Origin: Octopus bimaculoides | Taxonomy: Eukaryota | DNA: 64,000 bases | Assembly (NCBI RefSeq): GCF_001194135.2 | Contig: NC_068992.1 | Location: forward strand, 30,158,475-30,222,474 | Reading direction: 5' to 3' | Part shown: positions 53,070 to 64,000 of the stretch, in pieces | Layout: every line of letters starts with the position of its first letter | How positions within the stretch are numbered: the first letter of the stretch is position 1 | Notes under the pieces: generated by a model | Told to the model about the DNA's origin: nothing | The model's database searches: none | The model's input: only the letters and a program-made list of their open reading frames with translations | Position numbers and translations under genes: made by a program

Positions 53070-53870
53070 TAAACCTTTATTATAATGTTATTCAATAACG
53101 CCACCTTCAGATTCAACAACTGTTTCCATTTGAGATCTAAATCATCTACATGCTCGCATCAAGTGGTCTTGGTTCATTATGGACATTACTCTGACTATGA
53201 CAGCTTTCAACGCATCTTTGATGTTATGGGCGTGTTCATTGACCTCTCTCTCAACAACGCGCCACATGCAATAGTCCAATTGATTGAGATCTTAGGAAGT
53301 AGTAGGCCAAACGGTAGAGGCTATGTGATCATGGAAATTTTCAGTCACGAGTGATAGTGCAGAGTCTTGCTGAAACACATATGGCCTTCCATTGCATACA
53401 CTGTCTATGCAGGGCTTAATTATTTCCAGGAACTCAATGCAGGTGGCAGAGTTAACTCTAAGGCCTTGTACAAAGAAGTAAGCAGGCATCACATGTCCTT
53501 CATTGTTGATAACCTCAAAAACCATGACAGTTGCAGGAGATTTTGTATGCACAACACATCTGCGCATAAACACCTGTCATTTCTTTTTAACTGTTTGATC
53601 TAGGTCGAAGTATTTCTCGTTTGAGAGAAGCCAAATCAAATCTTCTGCTGGGTCTTTCAGTTTGTTTAAGAGCCTTTTACATTTGATGTAATTATATTTT
53701 TTGCTTTTTCTGACAAATTGCCCTTTCTTCGCAGACAGCATTTCTGACTGTTCCTTCTGACACATGGAGATCTTTTGCAATTAACCACATGAAATGTCTT
53801 GGATTGTAATCATTCGTCTGTTGAACTTGCTGGAGAAATTCAGGTGTTCAGATGTTTTCAAAGATTGTAA
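53070..53870 (-). mobile_element. Tc1/mariner-superfamily (maT/DD37D-like) transposase remnant
   Basis: WLLSNEKYFDLDQ, HTKSPATVMVF, YVFQQDSA, WPTTS*DLNQLDY, ACR*FRSQMETVVESEGGVIE. Confidence 0.85.
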
Positions 53871-54945
53871 GCATAAATAAATATGTGTGTGTGTGTATGT
53901 GTGTGTCTGTCTGTGTCAATGTCAGATTGTGTGCGCGATTTTGGGTTGAAGTAAAATGTATTTTCTATTCAATGCAATGACGGCGAATTCTAAATTGTTC
54001 GAAATTCACCCTCTCGAGTATCGGAAAAATTTACTGAATTAATACGAATTTAGAAATTAATACAAATAGAAATTGCATGAAAAAGAAAAGCCTTTAATGA
54101 TACTCATGTACAACGTTGATCATGTGAATGGCTTAGCAAATAATACAAATGAGTAAAGTACTTTGGTTATAATCGCTGGCTAGCTGTTTTTACAATTGTT
54201 CAATTATGCCCGTCTTTATGTTGAAATCAACTCGTCATATTTTAATTATGTACAGAACACATTATTCCAGGATATTTAGTCTGCTTTTTCAAGTAGTTTC
54301 CATATGGTACGCACATATCGAAACAAAATTAAAATCTGTAACTAGACCAAAGAATATTTGATAAGAGCTACCTTTTATAGTTCTGAGATCAGGTGTTATC
54401 CATGACGGCCAAGATGTATGCGCTTACATGAATTCGTTTTATAGATAATGAAATAGCACTCTCTCGAGATATTGTTATGTTCGTAATTGTCAAAGCATAT
54501 CGTTCATGGAACTTTAAAATGTGGTTTAGACATTTTTATTATTTGTTCGGTGTTTCATGATTGTTCCTGTGTAACAATAATATATTTGATGGAGTATTTC
54601 TTGATCATGCTCACTAATTCCCGTAACACAACTTTTGAATACTTGTTAACACATTATGGACAGACTACAATTCACATAAATAATTATTTAAGAAAAGCTA
54701 ACAATGCATTCAATTAAAACGTAAGCATGCCCTCAAATCTGACCTTGTACCGATTTACAAATTGCTCTAAAACCACATGCATTTGTCTTCTACAGGTCCA
54801 GTGGTATATATCTATAAACACACGCGCGCACGCACGCACACAGCGATATATGTATGTGGATATATTGACATACATACATACACACACATGCGTATACACA
54901 TACATATACATATATATACATACACACACACACACACACACACAC

Positions 54946-54980
<35 letters not shown>

Positions 54981-55012
54981 GTGTATACACAGAGATATAT
55001 GTATGTGGATAT

Positions 55013-55693
55013 ATAGGCGTAGGTGTGGCTGTGGTAAGTAGCTTGCTTACCAACCACATGGTCCCGGGTTCAATCCCACTGCGTGGCATCTTGGGCAAGT
55101 GTCTTCTACTATAGCCTCGGGCCGACCAAAGCCTTGTGAGTGGATTTGGTAGACGGAAACTGAAAGAAGCCTGTCGTATGTATGTATATATATATGTATG
55201 TGTGTATGTGTTNNNNNNNNNNNNNNNNNNNNNNNNNNNNNNNNNNNNNNNNNNNNNNNNNNNNNNNNNNNNNNNNNNNNNNNNNNNNNNNNNNNNNNNN
55301 NNNNNNNNNNNNNNNNNNNNNNNNNNNNNNNNNNNNNNNNNNNNNNNNNNNNNNNNNNNNNNNNNNNNNNNNNNNNNNNNNNNNNNNNNNNNNNNNNNNN
55401 NNNNNNNNNNNNNNNNNNNNNNNNNNNNNNNNNNNNNNNNNNNNNNNNNNNNNNNNNNNNNNNNNNNNNNNNNNNNNNNNNNNNNNNNNNNNNNNNNNNN
55501 NNNNNNNNNNNNNNNNNNNNNNNNNNNNNNNNNNNNNNNNNNNNNNNNNNNNNNNNNNNNNNNNNNNNNNNNNNNNNNNNNNNNNNNNNNNNNNNNNNNN
55601 NNNNNNNNNNNNNNNNNNNNNNNNNNNNNNNNNNNNNNNNNNNNNNNNNNNNNNNNNNNNNNNNNNNNNNNNNNNNNNNNNNNNNNNNNNNNN

Positions 55694-55759
<66 letters not shown>

Positions 55760-55868
55760 CGTGTATATATACAAATATACAAACACAGACATGCATGTAT
55801 ATTTGTGTGTCTATGTTTGTCCACCCACCATCTCATGACAACCGATGTTGGTGTGTTTATGTCCCCGT
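55013..55868 (+). mobile_element. Family-A SINE (spans a gap, 3'-truncated)
   Basis: Well-preserved tRNA-like head and body at 55013-55177, (AT)n plus gap, then gtttgtcc...gacaaccgatg.tggtgtgttta.gtccccgt. Confidence 0.9.
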
Positions 55869-55879
55869 GTTTATATATA

Positions 55880-56275
55880 TTCTTTTACTCTGTTACTTAT
55901 TTCAGTCATTTGACTGCGCCGATGCTGGAGCACCACCTTTAGTCGAGCAAATCGACCCCAGGACGTATTTTTGTAAGCCTAGTACTTATTCTATCGGGCT
56001 CTTTGGCCGAACCGCTAAGTTACGAGGACGTAAACACATCAACATCGGTTGTCAAGTGATGTTGGGGGGGGGACAAACACAGACACACATACATATACAT
56101 ATACATATATACGATGAGCTTCTTTCAGTTTCGTCTACCAAGTCTACTCACAAGGTTATGGTCAGCCCGAGGCTATAGTAGAAGACACTTGCTCAAGGTG
56201 CCACGCAGTGGGACTGAACCCGGAACCATGTGGTTGGTAATCATGCTACTTACCACACAGCCACTCCTGCGCCTA
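55880..56275 (-). mobile_element. Full-length family-A SINE
   Basis: Complete head, body, internal microsatellite and tail on the minus strand. Confidence 0.9.
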
Positions 56276-56559
56276 TATATATATATATATATATNNNNNN
56301 NNNNNNNNNNNNNNNNNNNNNNNNNNNNNNNNNNNNNNNNNNNNNNNNNNNNNNNNNNNNNNNNNNNNNNNNNNNNNNNNNNNNNNNNNNNNNNNNNNNN
56401 NNNNNNNNNNNNNNNNNNNNNNNNNNNNNNNNNNNNNNNNNNNNNNNNNNNNNNNNNNNNNNNNNNNNNNNNNNNNNNNNNNNNNNNNNNNNNNNNNNNN
56501 NNNNNNNNNNNNNNNNNNNNNNNNNNNNNNNNNNNNNNNNNNNNNNNNNNNNNNNNNNN

Positions 56560-56610
<51 letters not shown>

Positions 56611-57029
56611 CATACATACACGCACATGCACAGACACATATATGAAGTACATGGCGTTTCCAATGTACGGCTGCTTGTTCGGTTGAATCTGATGTATTTA
56701 ATGCAGTCAAAAAAAGGTTACATCAAAATGTATAATCCACTACAATATGTGAAATGTTTTAAACACTTAAGAATTGAAATATCGACGAGGAAATAGCCAA
56801 CACGATTTGGACTAGTTATTATATATCGAAGATGTAGCATGAAACAAGCAGATAAGAAACGAAGTGATCATGTAAATGTACAGTTTCAGCTCACTTATCT
56901 AAATCAGCGTATGGCTTTAAAATGACTCCGAATAAACTAAGAAACAACATTGTGGTAACATTAGTTGTACTTAGAATGTCATCAAAATCTGAGCAGTTAT
57001 TTTCTATTTGTCTACAGAGAGTGCCCTTA

Positions 57030-57420
57030 TGCCATATATATATATTATTATTGCTAACAGAAAGTGCAAATGGTTACATTGTGAATGTTTACATTGAAAA
57101 GTGTACACGGGAAGGAGACCGAATGCCCGGAAACTTGATAATTTTGATGTCACGTAGCGTGAATGACGGAGTGGTGTCAGGCCCAGAACTCTCCACTATT
57201 CCCGGACAGATTTTTATACATCAGTTGAGCTTACAGAATATTTATTGGATAAAGGCATAGGACTGTGTGGAACAACTTTGATCAACTGAAGGTCTTTCCC
57301 AAAGTATCTCAAAAGAACTAACAGGCAAATTCAAAAAGGGGTATCAGTGGTTCTATTCAATGGAATCGTAGCAGCGATAGTACGGATGGACAAACGCCCC
57401 ATATATTTTGTTTGGCTAAT
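57030..57420 (+). mobile_element. piggyBac (PGBD4-like) transposase fragment
   Basis: LLTESANGYIVNVY and TSVELTEYLLDKGIGLCGT...SFPKYLK...KG.....NGI......DKRPIY match the piggyBac catalytic core region. Confidence 0.75.
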
Positions 57421-57464
57421 TTATGTAGATTCACCCATACGTGTGAATGTGACTCACGAAGGAG

Positions 57465-57700
57465 CGTGTCTAGGTGGTTAGGGAATTCTATTCAGGCCAC
57501 TCAGCTGGCAAAAATTAGTAGTACTTCTGTTTGAAATTGCCAGCCCTGGCACACAGTGTGTCGCACTGAACAACCCCGACAATTGCGTCGAGGGTACACT
57601 TGTCTCTTGACTGCTCAGCCATACACGTTAATTCCATGGGCAGGCTTTTACGTTTTTCGGATCAACTAAAACCGTCGTTATCGTAACTGACGGAGTGCCA
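57465..57700 (+). mobile_element. Another tRNA-derived SINE (family C), degenerate
   Basis: gtggttaggg head and tail tgctcagcca..cacgttaatt...ggatcaact...cgtaactgacggagtgcc, recognised as an octopus SINE 3' region. Confidence 0.6.
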
Positions 57701-58070
57701 GAATGTGAATGATGTATGCGTGCCGTCGCGAATGTACATATTCGATTATTCCTGTTTGCTTTTATTTCAGTCATTTGACTGCGGCCTAGAAGGGTTATAG
57801 TTGAAGAAATAAACACTAAGACTTATTCTGGATCTATCTCAAAACGGAGGCACCAGTTTTCATTTATGTTTTATGTACTGTTTTTGGTACCGAAAGATTT
57901 TCAAACTTCGTATACTTATCTATTTTGTGTTATAGAACAGAAAAAAAAAAAAAAATTGTATTCGAATTTATTTCATGTAAAAAATTGTCTCATTTCGATA
58001 ATTTCTACTAATCACTGACGTCTATTCAGTTGAAAACAGTTAGCGCTGTAACGGTGTATATCGTATTAAT

Positions 58071-58153
58071 CCCCTAACCCTAACCCTAACCCTAACTAGA
58101 CTGTTAACCCTCACCCTAACTCTAAACCTAACCCTAAAACTAACCCTAACTCT
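58071..58153. repeat. Degenerate interstitial (CCCTAA)n telomere-type array running into an 810-N gap
   Basis: ccctaaccctaaccctaaccctaac...ccctcaccctaactctaaaccctaaccctaaaactaaccctaactct. Confidence 0.9.
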
Positions 58154-58963
58154 NNNNNNNNNNNNNNNNNNNNNNNNNNNNNNNNNNNNNNNNNNNNNNN
58201 NNNNNNNNNNNNNNNNNNNNNNNNNNNNNNNNNNNNNNNNNNNNNNNNNNNNNNNNNNNNNNNNNNNNNNNNNNNNNNNNNNNNNNNNNNNNNNNNNNNN
58301 NNNNNNNNNNNNNNNNNNNNNNNNNNNNNNNNNNNNNNNNNNNNNNNNNNNNNNNNNNNNNNNNNNNNNNNNNNNNNNNNNNNNNNNNNNNNNNNNNNNN
58401 NNNNNNNNNNNNNNNNNNNNNNNNNNNNNNNNNNNNNNNNNNNNNNNNNNNNNNNNNNNNNNNNNNNNNNNNNNNNNNNNNNNNNNNNNNNNNNNNNNNN
58501 NNNNNNNNNNNNNNNNNNNNNNNNNNNNNNNNNNNNNNNNNNNNNNNNNNNNNNNNNNNNNNNNNNNNNNNNNNNNNNNNNNNNNNNNNNNNNNNNNNNN
58601 NNNNNNNNNNNNNNNNNNNNNNNNNNNNNNNNNNNNNNNNNNNNNNNNNNNNNNNNNNNNNNNNNNNNNNNNNNNNNNNNNNNNNNNNNNNNNNNNNNNN
58701 NNNNNNNNNNNNNNNNNNNNNNNNNNNNNNNNNNNNNNNNNNNNNNNNNNNNNNNNNNNNNNNNNNNNNNNNNNNNNNNNNNNNNNNNNNNNNNNNNNNN
58801 NNNNNNNNNNNNNNNNNNNNNNNNNNNNNNNNNNNNNNNNNNNNNNNNNNNNNNNNNNNNNNNNNNNNNNNNNNNNNNNNNNNNNNNNNNNNNNNNNNNN
58901 NNNNNNNNNNNNNNNNNNNNNNNNNNNNNNNNNNNNNNNNNNNNNNNNNNNNNNNNNNNNNNN

Positions 58964-58994
<31 letters not shown>

Positions 58995-59072
58995 ACAAAC
59001 ACAAACACGCACACACATATGTATATATATTAATTTAACGAGAGGTATAATCGTGTGTTGCCAATATCTTAT

Positions 59073-59331
59073 AATTACGCCACAAAGATCTAATGCAGTG
59101 CCGAGAATTGTTCGACTAACACAACACCAATGCAGAAGCATCAGAAATGTCATACTGACCATCAAAAAGGTGACATTTCTATAAAATATGTGAGGTGCTC
59201 GTATCCAAACTCCTAAACAACATCCTCAAAATGATCTTCTATACTGCTTTGGTATCGTCTGTACTTTCGTACATTTTATATGCAACCATATAAGCATGTA
59301 TGCGTTTTTGCTTTGACCTCGTGGCATAATG
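59073..59331. mobile_element. Older MITE-like element with imperfect TIRs
   Basis: Left end attacgccacaaagatctaa matches the reverse complement of the right end (attatgccacgaggtcaaa). Non-coding ~260 bp. Confidence 0.5.
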
Positions 59332-59440
59332 ATAAGAAACTATTAGTAGCTCTTATTTTACTACAGGATACATTAGATAACATGTACCGTTTTTACTCGA
59401 AGGTTTAGTTTTTACTGATCTTCCAGGAACTGATGTGTGT

Positions 59441-59483
<43 letters not shown>

Positions 59484-60046
59484 NNNNNNNNNNNNNNNNN
59501 NNNNNNNNNNNNNNNNNNNNNNNNNNNNNNNNNNNNNNNNNNNNNNNNNNNNNNNNNNNNNNNNNNNNNNNNNNNNNNNNNNNNNNNNNNNNNNNNNNNN
59601 NNNNNNNNNNNNNNNNNNNNNNNNNNNNNNNNNNNNNNAAATTAAATAATGAGGGTAGAAATTGATATTAATCAATTAAAACTAGTGGCTTAGCATATTA
59701 AAAAAATCCGAAGATTAAACATTTTATTACGTACACATTAAGAAGACTAAGACTCTTTCGAGTCAAGGTTCTCTGTCTTGTTCTGGAAATTCTATTTTGT
59801 GAGCGATTGACTATGCTGTGGAGTTTGCAGATATTTACATTCATAAATATTAACAAACGGAATCATGGTATGTAGATAATTGTTTTTATTTCGTATATTT
59901 TCATTTGTCTTGCTCATTTTTACATTCTGGCGTTTGCTGAAATTTTCTTGAGAACACACTCTTCATGGTAACGCGATTTCACATCAGCCTTTAGCATATT
60001 AGGAATCCACTTTGGTGGTCATTCCTCTTAATTTGTATATATATAT

Positions 60047-60445
60047 GTTTCAGTCATTTGGCTGTGACTGTTTTGGAGCACCGCTTTAAATGTATTTTTA
60101 GAGGAGGAAATAGACCCCAGGCCTTATTATTTGTAAGCCTAGTATTTAACCCATTGGTATGTTATGCCGAACCGCTAAGTTACGGGAACATAAGCACACT
60201 GGCATCGGTTATCAAGCGATGGTAGAAGGATAAACACAGACACAAATACACACTCACATAGATATATACATATACATATATACGAAGAGCTTCTTTTCAG
60301 TTTCCGTCTACCGAATCTACTCACAAGGTTTTAGTCGGCCCGAGCCAATAGCAGAAGACATCCGATGTGACACGCAGAGGGACTGAAACCGGGACCATGT
60401 GTTTGGATAGCAAGCTTCTTACCACACAGCCATGCTTGCACCTGG
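60047..60445 (-). mobile_element. Full-length family-A SINE, more diverged
   Basis: Colinear with 55880-56275 throughout. Confidence 0.9.
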
Positions 60446-61133
60446 ATATGTATACACACACACACACGCACGCACGCATACACGCATGCACACAAGCACG
60501 CATGTAAATATATCTATGCAAATAAGGTCACTGCGATTCTGCACATAGTATGTCTACAAATTTAAATATGCAAGACATAATTCGGCCCGTGGCCATTCTA
60601 GCATGTATACGTAAAAATGTGAAGTATATCCTGCCTAAGACTACTTCGCATTTTACCTTTTTCGAGATCGATAATATAATGCACAAATAATGTACTGCAG
60701 TCGATATAATCAACAATAGTCTCCTGGCTGTGTAAATGTGTTTAAATCAATAAAATCTTTGTCAATAACTTTCACTTTAAGAGAAGTGTAACAATTTTGC
60801 GATATTCTTTTGCAGGTTTTCTTCCATAAAATCATTAGCGAAACACAGATTTCGTGTTAATATGGAAATATTTCAGTAAACTGAGTTCAACCGAATTCAT
60901 AAGTTGTGTTTAATTTTTTTTTTTTAGTGTGTGTGTAGTGTTAAAGTGCATACATTTCGCAATTAAAATTCACCTTCATAATTAAAATATACTTTCACGC
61001 TATATCGTAAATCGCTGCAGGTTATATTTAGATGTCTTACTTATAGATTCTATGCTCACTCTCATTCTGTATCCCCTCTCTCTCTGTGTATATATGTATA
61101 TATAGCTATATACATATATGTCCGTGTGTGTGA

Positions 61134-61186
<53 letters not shown>

Positions 61187-61492
61187 TATATTTGTATGTA
61201 TGCATACATGCATGTATGTATGTGTGTAGAAATAGGTTTGCGACAGTACCTGCTGAGAGAATAGCTGCCAGAAAATTTTATGATTAGAGACTACTTATCT
61301 ATACAAAAGTGCGAGCTGTGAAAAGTTCCTTGCGTTTTAAAATGGCTCATATTTCCAGTGCTGTTCCTCTGATGTACTGTATTCTATTCACACACCATAT
61401 TTTAAAAATCTGGAACTAATGGAATATGCCACCTGAAATTTTACAACATGCTAACTCCTTTGATTAAAGTATGATTAACATTTAAATTTTTA

Positions 61493-61690
61493 TGAAGGCC
61501 TCGTGTTGGCAGAATCGTTAGCACGCTGATGGATCTACTTGGTGCCATTTTGTCTACCTTTACATTCAAATACCCACGGTTTCGATTTCGTTTACCTTCC
61601 TTTCGGGCTCAATAAAATAAGTACCAGTTCAACCCAGGGAACAATGTAGCTGACACAGTCCCTCCCTTCTGGCCTTGTGCGAATAATTGT
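61493..61690 (+). mobile_element. Family-B SINE, diverged
   Basis: ggcagaatcgttagcacgc head and aataagtaccagt...ggccttgtgc tail. Confidence 0.7.
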
Positions 61691-62013
61691 AACTTATATT
61701 TAAAGATTTTCTTGTAAATAATTCAAATTTATAGTCAGTCACCTCAATAACTCTACGGCATAACTTTGCCGTATCCAGCAAGCAACAATCTTCTACTTGG
61801 TCTTTGACTTTTAATATATAGATACAAATTTTCCGTTATTTAATTTTATTTTTACTAAATTTTATTATGCAGTTAGTGTAAATTTCTTTTCGATCAGAAG
61901 AACCATGTTAATAAACGAGTGCTTTAGCTTTGTCTGTATGGACTTGTTCATACATTAATTTTAAAACAGTTTCTCTTTCAATTCGGAATTTTTGCAAGGA
62001 CTCTAACTTTTGA

Positions 62014-62120
62014 AGCGTGGCACAGTGGTTGGGTTTTGTACTCACGATCACCAGATCGTGGGCTCTGTTCAGCAACGGGCAATGTGTTGTATTTTTTGGC
62101 AAAAATTTCTTTACACATTG
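62014..62120 (+). mobile_element. tRNA-like SINE head fragment
   Basis: gtggcacagtggtt.gg...ctcacgatc...gtcgtg-type head, truncated. Confidence 0.5.
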
Positions 62121-62876
62121 TCATAGTATTGTGTGGGTATCGGTATGCCAAATGCCAAAGAATTGGTTCAACAGGTTTTCGTAAAATGCAACCAAATTAG
62201 GTTGTGGTAGGATTTACGCACCAACTTCGTAAAACCATCACTATCCAAATGATTATCCAAACAAAACCATGACTTGGAGAGGTGTCACCTGACTGGTGCA
62301 AAGGTGACCGAAAGTGAATTGGAATAACTACCGACAGGTAGATATGGTGATGTGTCGTTAGAACGCTGTCCCAAATACAGTTGCGTATATTATTCTGACT
62401 TAATGTCCCCACAAAATTCATATGATTCATTTCATTTAGCTTAAATTCTAAAAAAAAAAAAAAACCCAAAACAATATTCATTACATTCTAAACAATATTT
62501 ATTTCATAATACAAATATATANNNNNNNNNNNNNNNNNNNNNNNNNNNNNNNNNNNNNNNNNNNNNNNNNNNNNNNNNNNNNNNNNNNNNNNNNNNNNNN
62601 NNNNNNNNNNNNNNNNNNNNNNNNNNNNNNNNNNNNNNNNNNNNNNNNNNNNNNNNNNNNNNNNNNNNNNNNNNNNNNNNNNNNNNNNNNNNNNNNNNNN
62701 NNNNNNNNNNNNNNNNNNNNNNNNNNNNNNNNNNNNNNNNNNNNNNNNNNNNNNNNNNNNNNNNNNNNNNNNNNNNNNNNNNNNNNNNNNNNNNNNNNNN
62801 NNNNNNNNNNNNNNNNNNNNNNNNNNNNNNNNNNNNNNNNNNNNNNNNNNNNNNNNNNNNNNNNNNNNCATATAAA

Positions 62877-63100
62877 AAAGGTGGCGAGATGGGAGAAACA
62901 TTAGCGCACCGGGCAAAGTGCTTAGCGGTATTTCGTCTGTATTTACGTTCAGAGTTCAAATTCCACCTGTGTAGACTTTGCCTTTCGAGGTCGTTAAATT
63001 AAGTACCAGTTGCATACTGGTGTCGACCTAATCGACTGGACCCCTCCGTAATTGTTTTACACGGTGGTGCATCAGCATGGCCGCAGCTCTAAGCTGAAAC
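62877..63100 (+). mobile_element. Family-B SINE followed by a SINE tail fragment
   Basis: ggtggcgag...gcttagcggtatttcgtctgt...gttcaaattcc...aagtaccagtt, then acggtggtgcatcagcatggccgcag (also seen at 28006-28047). Confidence 0.85.
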
Positions 63101-63117
63101 TTAAAAAAAAAATACAT

Positions 63118-63152
<35 letters not shown>

Positions 63153-63571
63153 GATATATAACACACTTTAACTGAGGCATGTGCATATGTATATATTAAA
63201 GAAGAAAAAAATAAACAATAATGAGTGTCCAGTAGTTGGTTCAGTATGCTGACCACAGGGATTTCTGTCCAAGAGAGTTGTACATCATCGCCCTGTATCT
63301 CTCACATACCCACTCTTCATGTTTCTCTTATTATTATTCCCATTGCCACTAATTTTAATAAAAACTTTATCAACTCTCCCTAAAGTTCATTGTCTTTCTT
63401 TTCTTTCTCTTTTTCTCTCCTTCTCTCTGTTTTCGTCACCGCTCTCATCGTCTCTATACCTACTATTAATCTCAATCCAGCACGAGGGAGTGTCATTGAT
63501 CCATGTGAGAGGAGGGATCAAAGTGTGATAGACTGACACGCAGAAATTAGTTTCCCCATTTATTATATTAG

Positions 63572-63602
<31 letters not shown>

Positions 63603-63667
63603 TGTGTAGGCTTACAGGCATTTCAGATTAAATTTCAAGAGTTGCTATGCTTCTTTTCTTTCTTCAG

Positions 63668-63760
63668 GAAAACCTTAGAGTATTGGCCAATAATGATTGA
63701 AGCAGTTGTACCTGAGAAACAGCAAGTTGATATGGAAGAGAGGAAGTCATCTGAATATTG
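63668..63760 (+). CDS. Candidate 93-nt symmetric internal exon ((R)KTLEYWPIMIEAVVPEKQQVDMEERKSSEY(W)), product unknown
   Basis: Strong acceptor gcttcttttctttcttcag|, donor TTG|gtaaag, length divisible by 3 (phase 2-2), only one frame open, non-repetitive sequence. Confidence 0.4.
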
Positions 63761-64000
63761 GTAAAGAGTTAACTGTATGATGATATTTGGTGCCGTAATG
63801 TTTTTTGTCTTCAGCAAAGGTGATATCATATCACCCCATAGATAACTAAATAGCAATAAATCTTTTGATAGCTATCCAGTTGCTCTAGCTTCACACTGGT
63901 AGGATAAACAGCGTGTTTAGGGATGATACCGTCATATCACATGATGACTATTTGGCACATACTTATATCCCAATATACGCCTACACACACACATAACTAT

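Noticed and set aside
62230-62400. Possible Tc1 transposase scrap (KTMTWRGVT...KVNWNNY)
   Set aside because: Too short and degenerate to support a call.

Overview
AT-rich eukaryotic DNA with many microsatellites and 12 N-gaps, most flanked by (AT)n. The SINE families and repeat landscape point to a coleoid cephalopod, most likely an Octopus short-read assembly (inference from recognised repeat families, no database search). There is no confidently identifiable intact host gene, rRNA, genuine tRNA gene or CRISPR array. Nearly all supplied ORFs are microsatellite or gap artefacts, or pieces of decayed transposons. The window is intronic or intergenic and full of mobile-element relics: three R4/Dong-like fragments at (TAA)n tracts, two L1/Tx1-like fragments, a CRE-like retroelement, a Penelope-like element (PLE), two Tc1/mariner-superfamily fragments, two piggyBac fragments, two MITEs and many tRNA-derived SINEs. 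The most notable items are (1) a tRNA-headed SINE carrying a Penelope-type minimal hammerhead ribozyme (11885-12125, minus), (2) a PLE whose GIY-YIG nuclease has about 190 Ser/Asn-rich codons between the GIY and YIG motifs (32522-33109), (3) a spacer-less 171-bp palindrome at the 5' junction of an R4/Dong fragment, and (4) a pre-miRNA-like hairpin at 26347-26411. All protein-family calls come from manual translation and motif recognition. Element boundaries are approximate unless stated.
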